This document shows, piece after piece, positions 49,145 through 60,291 of a DNA stretch of 64,000 nt. Source of the DNA: Cyanophora paradoxa CCMP329 (Eukaryota; Plantae; Glaucophyta). Location: NCBI GenBank assembly GCA_004431415.1, contig QPMI01000144.1:1-64000 (forward strand). Direction: 5' to 3'. Within the stretch, counting starts at the first letter, position 1. Each line of letters begins with the position of its first letter. Made by a program: the position numbers and the translations under genes. Below the pieces are notes generated by a model. It worked only from the letters and a program-made list of their open reading frames with translations. It was not told where the DNA came from and searched no databases.

Positions 49145-49663
49145 AGCCTTTTCTTTTTCGATTTTTAAATAGCGTAAATCTGGCACGTCCATAGGTCTGT
49201 GCTTAAACATCTCGCTTCGAAGCATCTCCCGAATTTTCGCTCTCTCTTGCTTTTCCTTAACGTATGATTCGACATTAGCCGACCGCGCTTCCAGATCACG
49301 CAATTTCGCTGCAAGCTCATCGAACTGGCTTTTGCTCAAAGCTGGCGCACGTATTTTCGGGCCAGAGTACCGCGGCTCGCTAGCCATCGCTTGGAGAATT
49401 CTTGCAGCATCATCGTCGATATCGGACTGCATTTCGCTCACGGTTTTAACTTGTCCATGGCGATCGTCGGTCGCACTGGCATTCGCTGCTGCCGAGGCGA
49501 TCGTTTTAGCTACGGGTGCATTTAGGCGGGGGTCACTAGCTAGCTCACCGCTAGGATCAGCAACAGCTGCGCCCTCAGTTGAGCCGCTTTCAATCAGTGG
49601 GGCGTTCGGCTCGGGGAGCACCCTTCGTTCCCGGTAGCCTTTTCTTGGAACACCGCGTGGCAT
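48872..49663 (-). CDS. Conserved hypothetical protein, homolog of 8945-9679 (3' end uncertain)
   Basis: KLRDLEARS..KERAKIREMLR; syntenic with the ATPase. Confidence 0.7.
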   Translation of the reverse strand: MPRGVPRKGYRERRVLPEPNAPLIESGSTEGAAVADPSGELASDPRLNAPVAKTIASAAANASATDDRHGQVKTVSEMQSDIDDDAARILQAMASEPRYSGPKIRAPALSKSQFDELAAKLRDLEARSANVESYVKEKQERAKIREMLRSEMFKHRPMDVPDLRYLKIEKEKASQALDDAAVKPATPNVSEPNSTSSQMKGALEVGGFDCNQFAQPIGFDCRTSLLLCEVNHLPKLRALYCAAHFECTLKLLLIVWAQMRPRN

Positions 49664-49672
49664 CTTTTTCTC

Positions 49673-50416
49673 TTATGGTAAGATTTTAAAACGCTTCTTT
49701 TTGGGATGAACAGGCGTTGAATTTTCTTTCTTAGGCTCTTCTTGTCTTAGCCATTTAGTAAAACGAAAGCTCTTATCTTCAACGGCTTTATCAACGTACC
49801 AGGCCGTATCATACTTAGTTCCATCCAGGACTAGGCACTGATAATCATGCGCCCAAGTCTCGAACAAGGCGATGAACTTATCTTTTGGGAGATGACTGAA
49901 CTCTCTATAGATCGCCTCGAGCTCGGTATGATTAGAATAACTAAAGAAAAAGCAGTAATCGCTGTTTGATCTTATAGATTGACTAAGAGCTGTTAGCTTT
50001 TGCGTCATAAGAATCGTACTTATATTAAAATGGCGGCCCTGCGTAAAAAGTCGATTTACAGCCTTGCTGTTTCGCAGATCAACAGTTTCAGAGGCGGCAA
50101 CTAGATCGTCCAATACAAGCAATATCTGCGGTGCTTTCTCTTTGTTTTCGATCAACTTTCGCTGTGAATCAATGATTTCTGCAACTATGGCGGGTTGAAA
50201 ATCGTCGTAAAGCTCTTTAGTTATTGCAGAGTATTCACCATTGAATTTGGTGGCAGTGAAAACGACGACTCGGTTGATCTTTGGATACAGCAGTCGAAGC
50301 AGATGCTTTGTGCAATAGAACGATTTGCCGCTATTGGACTTCGATATAAATAGGGCTTTGAAAGGGACCCTCATGTCTCCCGGCTGGAACTGTGCGAGCT
50401 CTTGAGACTGATCCAT
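49673..50416 (-). CDS. A32/FtsK-HerA-like packaging ATPase
   Basis: SKSNSGKS, LLVLDD, QGRHFNIS, IRSNSDY. Confidence 0.92.
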   Translation of the reverse strand: MDQSQELAQFQPGDMRVPFKALFISKSNSGKSFYCTKHLLRLLYPKINRVVVFTATKFNGEYSAITKELYDDFQPAIVAEIIDSQRKLIENKEKAPQILLVLDDLVAASETVDLRNSKAVNRLFTQGRHFNISTILMTQKLTALSQSIRSNSDYCFFFSYSNHTELEAIYREFSHLPKDKFIALFETWAHDYQCLVLDGTKYDTAWYVDKAVEDKSFRFTKWLRQEEPKKENSTPVHPKKKRFKILP

Positions 50417-50478
50417 CAAAAAATTAACTACCGAGATTCGCAGGCGCAGCCAAGGCAGCTTGTCTGACGACACTTCGA

Positions 50479-51867
50479 CTAGAGGTTCACCTTGCGAAGG
50501 CCCGCAGCATCAACAATTAGGACAGTGTGCAGGAGAGCGCGAACCTGGACGTAAATCTTGTTGTTTGCATCGTAAGCGGCAGGATTCATGATATTCAGGA
50601 AGCAGCTGCTGCTGTTGGTGAGATCCACGAAACCAGTTTGAGCTGCATTTCGGATCGATTTATCCCCACTAATGCAAAATGGCAATCCACTCAGGACATA
50701 TCTGTTAAGAGGCGCGTCGAGATTTGAGCACTTGAACACATCAGCAATGAGCTCAGCACCTTGCAAGAGTGGCACAGGCTCGTTAGAATAAAGTCGCTGG
50801 CCATTCAATTCGCAGGAAATAGTTATGTCACGAGCATTGGCCTCAGTTTTAAGGACACTGTGTTTTCCATCAGTTTGGTTCATATTTGTCTGCTTGCGAA
50901 TGCTAACAAAAAGGCCATAGCAGAGCCCACTGATCTGCGACAGATTAATCCGTGTAGGTGCACCAGCCCCTGCATAGGTGATCGAGTCAGCATCAACCCA
51001 GCCAACCTCAGTGGCAGGAATGGCGATTCCAGACGATTTGACTTTTTCAATAACCTGTGCAAAAGTAGCCTCATCAACGTTGATGCAGTGAGCTATAATC
51101 TTTGGATTCGATAGCTCGGGATTGGCAGGAGTGACAGTGAGGACATTGGGGGTTATATTCTGGCCAATGTTTGCAGGGGATGCAGCGGCAGCTCCTACGC
51201 TCCCAAGTCCATCATCTTTAGAGGCATCACCGTTTGCGGCATATTCTGCTACAAACCTACCACCATAGCTGGTCTCAACGAAGCCCTGGGCACGGTCACG
51301 GAACCAAACCTCCACAGACACCTCGCCCGATAGCGCACCAATTGGAAGCACTGAGCCCTCCCAGGGACAGGGGATCTTTACACTGAAAATACCTCCAGCA
51401 CGATTGCTCCCCTGAGGTGGTGTTCCATGAAGCCAGCCACCGGATCGGTACTTCTTTTTAAGCTGAGCATCATCATTGAAAATCAGAGCGCTGTGAACAA
51501 GCCAGTCCTCGGGGACAATGTAGCTGTAGGAAGCATATTTGATTTCGATTCGCTTTACGAGAGCACCAACCGATCGCAAATAACCAGTGCGAACCAGGTC
51601 AGTGTCACCAGTAAATGCGGTCAGCTCTGGAAGGGTAAACTGGAGTTCGAGCCCCTGAAGGAAATTGTAGCGGGGCAGGAAATAAGTAACCCTCTTTCCG
51701 AAGCAGTCTCCATAGTCATTGCTTGGGTTGACAACAACACGCACAGGCTTTGTTTGGCTGGTTAGACCTAACATAAGCTCATTGTTCATGAAAAAGTCCT
51801 TAGCTTCCTGCGGAGTTGTCAGGAGCTCTTTGAGACCGAGTCGCTGCAAGTTTTGGGTAACATCCAT
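50479..51867 (-). CDS. Major capsid protein (predicted double jelly-roll)
   Basis: 462 aa, intact, colinear homolog of 10553-11926. Confidence 0.85.
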   Translation of the reverse strand: MDVTQNLQRLGLKELLTTPQEAKDFFMNNELMLGLTSQTKPVRVVVNPSNDYGDCFGKRVTYFLPRYNFLQGLELQFTLPELTAFTGDTDLVRTGYLRSVGALVKRIEIKYASYSYIVPEDWLVHSALIFNDDAQLKKKYRSGGWLHGTPPQGSNRAGGIFSVKIPCPWEGSVLPIGALSGEVSVEVWFRDRAQGFVETSYGGRFVAEYAANGDASKDDGLGSVGAAAASPANIGQNITPNVLTVTPANPELSNPKIIAHCINVDEATFAQVIEKVKSSGIAIPATEVGWVDADSITYAGAGAPTRINLSQISGLCYGLFVSIRKQTNMNQTDGKHSVLKTEANARDITISCELNGQRLYSNEPVPLLQGAELIADVFKCSNLDAPLNRYVLSGLPFCISGDKSIRNAAQTGFVDLTNSSSCFLNIMNPAAYDANNKIYVQVRALLHTVLIVDAAGLRKVNL

Positions 51868-51911
51868 CGAAGTATATAATTGCAGTGAAAGAAAATAATT
51901 TGGGACTTAGC

Positions 51912-52868
51912 TCAATTTGACGAATTGATCCAAGGATATGTCTTCGATCTTTTCTGGAGCTGAAGCTTGGCGAGCTCGTAGACAACATCACCATTGGGTT
52001 CATCTGGGCCATAACGAATTTCGAGTATAAATGAGACAGGACCTCCATTTAAATCAGCAATTCGCTGCATAAAATCGTAAATCTCAATAGTCACAGAGTA
52101 GAGGTCCAGCTTTGAATAAATATACTTGTACAAAGGATGTGCTTCAGTTGAATCATAGTATGCTATCTCGCCTGGACGAAGGACGCTTGGAATGCTCAGC
52201 TTTGAGAAGAAGCCAGGTATTGACGTGTTCGGCATACTGACAAGGTCACCAATTTCAGGAATGCGTAGGAGCACATGATCATCGGGAGTGACATCAGGCT
52301 CATAAGCGCCTGCTATATATTCAGTATTTATAGATAATGTCTTTGACCGAATCGGTAGAATTGATCGCAGCCCTAGAAGCTTTGCAGTTCGCTGAGCCCT
52401 TGCAACGGCCTGGTAGTTTCTGACTTCCCGCCCACCCTGGTTCGTTGGCAACATCAGAGCAATAAAGAACTCGAAGTTAGCTGTGAACCCTATTAATTTG
52501 ATCGCTGAATTATACGTGCACGTGATACCTGTTCCCGTCAACCTTTCGTTTATCTCTGTCACAAGCGAGGTGACGTCGTAATTTCCAGGTGGAATTGCAA
52601 TGTTATTCCACGCTCCAAAGCCGGCCTGAGGTGGGTCGGGTCCTTCATTAGTAGGATCATATTTGCACCAATATATGTAGGTGTCAAAGACCAAATCCTC
52701 TGCTGGATCGAGTACATCAATTGTGCTCATTGTGTTGGGGATCTCAGCTGATACCAAGCGCACGGCTTTCACATCCTGATAAACTTTAGGCAGTCTTACT
52801 TTAAATTTCGAGGTGGATGTCAGCTCCTCCGCTTGGTGACTTGCAATGCAGACGTAGTCCGTAGGCAT
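51912..52868 (-). CDS. Minor capsid (penton-like) protein 1
   Basis: VKAVRLVSAEIPNT, IPPGNYDVTSLVTEIN, DLNGGPVSFILEI. Confidence 0.85.
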   Translation of the reverse strand: MPTDYVCIASHQAEELTSTSKFKVRLPKVYQDVKAVRLVSAEIPNTMSTIDVLDPAEDLVFDTYIYWCKYDPTNEGPDPPQAGFGAWNNIAIPPGNYDVTSLVTEINERLTGTGITCTYNSAIKLIGFTANFEFFIALMLPTNQGGREVRNYQAVARAQRTAKLLGLRSILPIRSKTLSINTEYIAGAYEPDVTPDDHVLLRIPEIGDLVSMPNTSIPGFFSKLSIPSVLRPGEIAYYDSTEAHPLYKYIYSKLDLYSVTIEIYDFMQRIADLNGGPVSFILEIRYGPDEPNGDVVYELAKLQLQKRSKTYPWINSSN

Positions 52869-52895
52869 CTTTTTTATATCAGTTAGAGAATAAAA

Positions 52896-53785
52896 ATGCG
52901 GCTTACCTTTGACAGCAGAGACAGAAGGCCAATCGATTCCGAGGCAAACTTTGTGCTCGAAATCAATGAACCTATAATCAATCCAGTTGCTGTTCGACTT
53001 ACCCAGTGTGAGTTCGCAAACAGCCTTTACACCAGCATTAAAGATGAGTATCTTTCGATCACCTTTCCCTACATTGGGACAGAAAATCTGGCGGTTTTTG
53101 AGCCTGGCATAATTACTACTGCAAATCTGGGCGAAACAGATATTTATAACTTTGGCCTATCGTTTAATATTAGGCTAGAAGGGATCTCAATCGCATATTT
53201 CAAATTGTTTCGAGACCCAGAGACGTTGAAAATGTCTGCCTATTGCAGCCGTTCCTGCACACTGACCTGCCAGTTCAAAGCTCTATCGAATCTGCTTGGG
53301 CTGAACCGAAATGAGTCTCTCCAGCTGTCTCCTATCGTGCTTGAAGGGGGCAAAGACCAGCAACTGCAGCTGAGCGGTATCTCGAGGTTGCTGGCATTCC
53401 AGTTACACCTGCTCACCCTGAGTACGGCATTGATTTCACCGGAAGAATGCGGAGTGAGCCACTTGGTTATGCTGTCGAATTTCCAAAGATAATCGACATG
53501 AACAGCGACCAGTACCTCTTCCTTGTCTGCGAAGAGCTACGGCCATTTGCTTCAAAGCTTCGCCGCGGGGCCAAAACAATGTGCAATTATGGGCTCGCTC
53601 GAATTCAAATGAGCCAGGACGTTGGCAAGTTCGTTTATATAAATCAGGAAAATGACGGCGAGTGGATCCCCATCGAAGAGCGCCTAGTGCTGACCTCTTT
53701 GCGACTGCGCATTGTCGACAGAGATGGTGATGACGTCTCTCTGAATGGCCTGCCATGGTCTGGTGAACTGCAATTTTTAGTTTAG
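52896..53785 (+). CDS. Minor capsid (penton-like) protein 2, frameshifted near 53350
   Basis: FDSRDR, YLFLVCEEL, LRLRIVDRDGDDVSLNGLPWSGELQF; homolog of 13019-13950. Confidence 0.82.
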
Positions 53786-55261
53786 GTAACGTCCCCGGAA
53801 ATCAAGCCGGAACGCATTCACATTTATAAATTCGTTTGTTATAATTTGCACATAGTTATAAACCTGTGGGGTGATCAAATGCGAGTCACTATGCATTAGA
53901 TCAAAGCCTGTCATAGATGGGTTTGCAGCAAGCACATTTGCTAGGACCGTATTCTCAAATAGTGACCCGTCTCGTAAATATCCTAAGTTGGTCAGAATGC
54001 TGAAATTAAATAGGACTCCGGCAGCAAAGGCTGGCCCATACATAATGATTTGATGTAGCTCAAAAGGCTTTGGAAATTCGACTCTGATCCAGGGATTAGG
54101 TAGAGTGCCACCTTGGAACCCTGTTGAGTTGGGTCGCACATGAGAAGGTGGGTGCAATTCCTCAAAGTCGTTGCTTATGATGTTTGCATCTGGAATTATA
54201 AACCAGTTTACATCAAATGGCGGCTCAACTGTTAAAGTAGACGATATGATTAGTCTCTCATCGTTCAGTAGGTCGTAGTTCGCCAATAGAAAGCTGCAGA
54301 GTGCATTTATTTTAGCATTTATTTCGATTTGTTTCAGCCATAAATCTGTTGTGGAAATCAAATAAGAAATATTCGATGGGGAGGCATCATCAAGCTTGCT
54401 CATGACTGCAGCTGGCAGCGGAACACTTAAACGCCAGTATCTAGTTAGATTCCTATCTGCATCAACTGGAAGCAGTTCCTGCATTTGAAAGTGCGATTCC
54501 AGCTCGCTACCTGACATTAGCATAGAAATGATTGGGCTGCCTGAGAGGGATAGGATCCAGCCCAGAGCGCCCCAGCCTGACGTCTCCGAATTCGAAAAGC
54601 CTGCAGTCAATTGCTCACTGGCTTGGACCTCACCACAGCTAATGCTCACAAGAACAATTGGATCTTCTGCATCGTAAATTTTACTGGCGTGGCTGAGTGC
54701 AGCAACTGAGGGATTATTCAAACAGGCTATCGCCCCGTCAACAAGGTTTTTGTCCCCTAGAACCTTCGGTGGAAAGAATGTAGGCGCTGCAGAAGATGCT
54801 CTCACTGCATCACGAATCAGCGTGCTTGAATATGGCCCATCCTTCGTAAAAACTACTGGCTGCATCCGAACTGTATCAAACGCTGTAATTAATACGTCTT
54901 TTGTCGATTCTGCAATTGTGTAGTCCAGGGCAACGTCTGTAAGCACCGACTCCAGAGGATTTGCATCATAGCGGCTTCCTGAGAGCAAGCTTGTCAGTGA
55001 TCTTGGATTTGCAAATATTGTTGGCAGGTTCGTTTGATATAGACTCAAGATATCACCTGCAGAATATCGGTAAGCAAGAACAGAGCCTGGAGTTGATGGG
55101 ATCGCCAATCCGGCCGCTATTATTGCCCCTGTTGAGGTGCCTGCAAAGAAATCAAACAGCTGTGGTATTGCTTTCCCAGTAATCGCCTCAATCCGCTGTA
55201 GAATTCGGGCTATGACTATTCCACGAGCACCTCCACCTGATAGTGAGAGAATGACCTTCAT
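53777..55261 (-). CDS. Patatin-like phospholipase with C-terminal discoidin/F5-8C-like domain
   Basis: GGGARG, GTSTG, SSAAPTFF, DGA; tail PNPWIRVEFPKPFELHQIIMYG..YNYVQI..RLDFRG. Confidence 0.9.
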   Translation of the reverse strand: MKVILSLSGGGARGIVIARILQRIEAITGKAIPQLFDFFAGTSTGAIIAAGLAIPSTPGSVLAYRYSAGDILSLYQTNLPTIFANPRSLTSLLSGSRYDANPLESVLTDVALDYTIAESTKDVLITAFDTVRMQPVVFTKDGPYSSTLIRDAVRASSAAPTFFPPKVLGDKNLVDGAIACLNNPSVAALSHASKIYDAEDPIVLVSISCGEVQASEQLTAGFSNSETSGWGALGWILSLSGSPIISMLMSGSELESHFQMQELLPVDADRNLTRYWRLSVPLPAAVMSKLDDASPSNISYLISTTDLWLKQIEINAKINALCSFLLANYDLLNDERLIISSTLTVEPPFDVNWFIIPDANIISNDFEELHPPSHVRPNSTGFQGGTLPNPWIRVEFPKPFELHQIIMYGPAFAAGVLFNFSILTNLGYLRDGSLFENTVLANVLAANPSMTGFDLMHSDSHLITPQVYNYVQIITNEFINVNAFRLDFRGRYLN

Positions 55262-55285
55262 TTTTAAAAGGGGGCTTATATAAAA

Positions 55286-55376
55286 ATGTCCTACATCTTG
55301 AAGAAGCCAGTGCCACTTCGTAAAGCTCCAGATTTTGTGGATGATCGGCATATAAATATTCGCGTATTTGGGAGTA
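55286..55376 (+). pseudogene. Orphaned 5' end of the long fibre gene
   Basis: MSYILKKPVPLRKAPDFVDDRHINIRVFGS matches MSYLLRKPVPLRRPPESPEEDRLINIRVFGS at 56004. Confidence 0.85.
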
Positions 55377-55895
55377 CTACTGCTGGAAATTCAGCTGCAG
55401 GAATTGCTTATCAGCCTCTAAAGTGTGCACAATAGCAAATGCATCACGAGCACGAGCAGCAGCCTCGGCTGTGTGGAAATAACCTATGTGCTTCTTTTTA
55501 CCATCTACATTAAAATAAGCTCGCCATTTACTACTTGATCTATCAAAGTTGACTCCAATAAATCCTGATGAATTGTTAGATTGGCGGTATCGATTCAAAA
55601 TTTGCTGGCGCCTAGATGCAACTCGCAAATTTTCACGTCGATTGTCGAGGGGATTATGGTTGATGTGATCGACAGATAGGCCTTCTTCGATATTTGGAAA
55701 GAGAAACACTTGAAGTTTAATTGTTGTATACTTCCCGTTTACTTTTATGTTAGCCTGAGCATAGCCATTATTATCCAAGTGCCATTTCTTCTGAAGAACT
55801 CGTTCGGTATCTTCGTGAGACACAAGGGTATATGCACGAATGTTTCCTCGACGATCACGGAGTGGAACCGCCATTGCACCAACAGGAATGTCCAT
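55377..55895 (-). CDS. HNH-AP2 homing endonuclease (phage type)
   Basis: VDHINHNPLDNRRENLR; NNSSGFIGV..KWRAY..HIGYFHTAEAAARARD. Confidence 0.93.
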   Translation of the reverse strand: MDIPVGAMAVPLRDRRGNIRAYTLVSHEDTERVLQKKWHLDNNGYAQANIKVNGKYTTIKLQVFLFPNIEEGLSVDHINHNPLDNRRENLRVASRRQQILNRYRQSNNSSGFIGVNFDRSSSKWRAYFNVDGKKKHIGYFHTAEAAARARDAFAIVHTLEADKQFLQLNFQQ

Positions 55896-56003
55896 TTCGA
55901 TTCCAGCTTACTTAAGCTTGGCTTCTTTACAGTTAGAACCCGACATCTCTTTATAGCATATCAAAGTCTTGATCTGCATTCTTTTATCGAACCATCTACT
56001 ATC

Positions 56004-59000
56004 ATGTCTTATCTCCTGAGAAAGCCTGTGCCTCTGCGACGGCCACCAGAATCGCCTGAAGAGGATAGGCTCATTAATATTCGCGTTTTCGGAAGCATTT
56101 TGGCTGACTACAATGCTGACAAAGATATACACCAGACCGAGTTTAATCGCCCAGCTGCGTTAATTCTGCGCAACTCACATGTTGGCGCCCCGGACATTGC
56201 ACAGAGATTTTGTCTAGGTCCAGCTGAGAACTATGTTGCTGAAATAATTGGATCCAGGGCGTTGCCGCGGCACCTGCGAATTGCCTCCTCAGGCACTGTT
56301 TCCAAGTATGATTCTGGTAGATTAATCTTTAGGCTCCAAAATGATAGAGGGGTCCACACATCAGCTCTACGCCTAATTGATGAATCCAATGCTGTCACAA
56401 ACAAGACTGCGGCTCACATTACAGGGCGAATTCTCCTTGGCGAAGATGCAGGAATATCAGTGCTAGCATCACAAATCCAGCCGTTTCCCTGGGATTTACT
56501 TTTTACAGCTGCACGAGAAGCAAATATTTTATACGGTTTTGATGTAAATCAAATCGATACCGAGCCAGCCACCAGGTTAGATATTCCTGGATGCACCTTT
56601 GGCTCGATCCTGATGGAAGCTGATAGGCACCTGCTCCCGGCGTTGCATGACAGCTACGATCTTGGGCTCCGCACCAGGCAGTGGCGAAATATTCACGGCA
56701 CGTCGATTTACCAAGATGGAAAAAGGTCATCACTGAACCGGAGATAATAAACATTTTCAACTACTACTTCGGACCTATTGTCCCTATACCACCTATACCA
56801 CCTCTTCCAGGGCTACCGAAGCCAAACCCTGAAGGGCCAGGTCGTGAGAGAGTTGCAGATGAAACAATTCCATTCGGGCAAAATATTATTTCGTGGGAGG
56901 CTGTCAGGAATCGCCCCGTGATAGAACGCTATAAGCATCCGCATGAAGAATACCTGCCGCCTGATATTGAAGTTTTCCCGCTCGAAATGTACACAGAGCC
57001 TGAAGAGCAGTTACTTCCTGATGGCTTAGATGTTCAAGAACTCCAGTACGAGCAACCTGTGATTCCACATGAGCAGCTGCTTCCAGACGGCTTTGAACCT
57101 ATTCTCTTCCCTTGGAGTTCACCGTAGATTGGGAATCAATAACCAATAAACCTGGGAGTTTTCCACCAGAGGAACACAGGCATGATTGGGATGAAATCGA
57201 TAATAAACCGTTGCGGTTTCCCCCAGAGGATCACAGACATGATTGGGCTGAGATCGATAATAAGCCTTTACGGTTCCCCCCAGAGGATCATAGACACGAC
57301 TGGGGTGACCTTGATAATGTTCCGCTTGAATTTCCACCGGAAGATCACAGACACATTTGGAGCGAAATAGATGAGCAGCCCGAGTTCGCAAAGATTGAGC
57401 TTCCTGTCACACTAGCTGTCTCTCTCTACAAATCAATTAACACCCCTGAAAGGTTATATTTGAATGACCACTATGTCCACAGGCAGGGAATTCGTGCTAA
57501 CACTGACATGTCAGGCTCTTTGTTTGTAAGGATTCCCCGTGGAATGGAGATAGTTGCTGCTGGCGGGAATATTGGTTTGCAGGACACGTTCCCAAGTATT
57601 TATGTCACAAACTACTACGCCTCTGACATCGAAATGACATCTGTTCTACCTTTTTTGCCTTCACTGCCGTTGGATCCTCTCTCCCATGCTGATTTTCATT
57701 CTGCAATCCAGATTAATGTAACAGATGTTAGCGATTTAGATTCATCGAGACCGAAATTAGTTTTTAGCCGTGAACGCCTTTTACCCAATGCTCTGATAGG
57801 AAATCGAGATGATTATAAGAAATGCGAAATAGCATGGATAAAAACGAACTATAACGGTGGAGTTGGGGAGGGCATTTTAGAAATTAATCAGAGGGCAGCA
57901 GCAAAAAACATTCACAACGAGACTATATCCAGAGTGGTCACAGAGGATTACCTTCAAGCCCAAAATTATGTAGATGAAACAGAGCTCGCTTTAGTTATTG
58001 CAGGTCTAGCTGTGACAGGGAATTACCTGCCCTTGACAGGAGGAACTATTGACGGAACAGTGACTGCTGACAACTTTTTTGTTCACACTGAAAGTGATCA
58101 GACCTTCCCTGTGGTTCACCCAGGAGCTGAGTACGAGATTCCTATTGATCCTGCTATTATGCCCATAAAAATCGATCTCCCTTCCGATTATGTTGGACGG
58201 GGTGAACTGAAAATAATCTCTTTCACAGGAGATTATAATGATCTTTTAAACAAGCCTACTGCTGAGAACCTTCACCCTGTTGCCTATTCAGGAAATTTCC
58301 TCCATTTAAATAATAGGGCACACACCCACACAAAGGCTGAGATCACAGATTTTGCACACACTCACACGAAGTCCCAAATAACAGATTTTGCACACACCCA
58401 TACCCGAGCAGATATAACTAATTTCGCTCACACCCATGTTAAATCAGAGATAACTGATCTTGGGAATGTTGCTTATGTTGGTCATACCCATACCAAGGCA
58501 GAGATTACAGACCTGGGAAATGTATCGTACGTTGGTCATACCCATGATTGGAATACTGATATCTATAACAAACCGGCGTTGTTCTCAGGCAACTACAACG
58601 ATCTGACCAATAGACCCACTCTTGATCCCTTCACAGCCACCACTATCAGAGCCAATAATACAATGTATGTAGGATCAGGTCAGATTGTAGAACCAGCAGG
58701 GCCTATGTTTGAAGAAACATGGTTCTTCCACAATTCGCAGAATTACTTTGATAAAACCTTACTTGTTCGTGGAAATGCCTATGCAAGAAATTTCTATGCT
58801 ATGAACCCCTCAAATAATGCGACCATCAGTCGATGTATTACAGAGGCAGATCTTTCCAGTCAACTCAATGCATATTTTAATGGGAAAATTCAAGCAGGGA
58901 AGTATGTTTACACTACTCCCGTTTTAGATTACAATAATCTCTATGTGTTCAATCTAACTATCTATTTTACCAATGCCTTTGCTTCTCCTCCTGTTGTGAC

Positions 59001-59178
59001 AGCAACAGTAAGGCATGAAGGACAAGATCCAAATTATCAATTAACTCCCGTCGTTTTTACTGTGAACCTGTTGAATGTTTATAGTAACTATTTTACTTGT
59101 GAACTTTTCACTGATCCATATGCAATGATTAATTCATCCAAAACTGTTACAATTCATTACATTGCTGTCGCAATTTAA
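56004..59178 (+). CDS. Long phage-like fibre protein (~1050 aa if the frameshifts near 56725 and 57110 are repaired)
   Basis: YDLGLRTRQWRNIH, (FPPEDHRHDW.EIDNKP)n, YLPLTGGTIDG, (HTHTKAEITDF)n, SGNYNDLTNRP, C-terminal FTNAFASPPVVTAT..IHYIAV. Confidence 0.8.
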
Positions 59179-59197
59179 CTGTTTGGTAATTATAAAG

Positions 59198-60258
59198 ATG
59201 ACATCTGTATTAGAAATCCCGAATTATGAATTAGCAGCCAAATCACTGCATAGCACCTCTCATGAAGTAGTTGATTCTACACCTGGGAATATCTGCACCG
59301 AAACAGCAAGCAATACCTCCTTAACCGAAACCAATATTTTGAGAGTCAAAGAAATACGCTGTGACCGAAATGGAGGCAAGATACGAACTACAGGTATTAT
59401 TATTTCGAATAAAAATCAGGTTCAAGCAGGTCAAGTAGTCCCTGATTCAGCAGTTTATGATAACGTGGGTGGATTCACCACGGCAAAGATCGTAACTTTC
59501 GATAACACAAGCAATAACTCCGCTCTTGTGGTTAAGAGTGGTGGAGCCTATATTGGTGACGGAGCGATTGTAGTGGGGACTGTCACAGCAAATCAATTAA
59601 ACGTGAGTGGTACATGCATTTTCAGTTCTTTGATGACTTTTAACTATGGCCTTTTAGGTAACATAATTTATGGGACTCTTCAGGCATTTCTGAGAGTTCA
59701 AGCACCCGAAATTGGTAGTGGAACAGATTCCAACATGAGCTACAAACGAAATGGTAATGCAATTGTCACTCTTGAAAAAACGACGGTAGCAGAGATAGAG
59801 ATAAACTCATTCACACTTTCCCCAACTTGCTATTTGAAAAGGACTTATTGCCCAAGATTTTGTGTCACAAAACTATTACCTAATCAGGCAGCATCATCCT
59901 CATCATGGTCATCTGGCGTCCGTATTACCTTCACAGTTCCTAATTTCGCTACTTATTATGTCAACAATGAAGGCAACTGGAATGATTCGTATATATTTAC
60001 TGCACCTGTTGCAGGTGTTTACCGGGTTTTTTTCACAGCTCTCAGAATAGATACTCAGACTTCTTATGTGACTATCTTAAAGCTTTCAATAAATGGAATT
60101 GCATCCGATTACGAATTTCAATGTTCATTAACGGGACAAATGGCTATCACATACGAAACTTTACTTACTCTTAACATGGGGACAATGTTGGAGTATTAAA
60201 CTCAACAGGTGTTACCATCACTATTAGCACACGCTGTTACTTGGGTGCTATCTCGTAA
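59198..60258 (+). CDS. Fibre/spike paralog 1 with C1q-like head (frameshift near 60180)
   Basis: Shared N-terminal KEIRCDRNGGKIRTT domain; FTAPVAGVYRV, LNMGDNV. Confidence 0.8.
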
Positions 60259-60291
60259 GTGCTATATAATATTGTCTGTGTAATATAAAGA

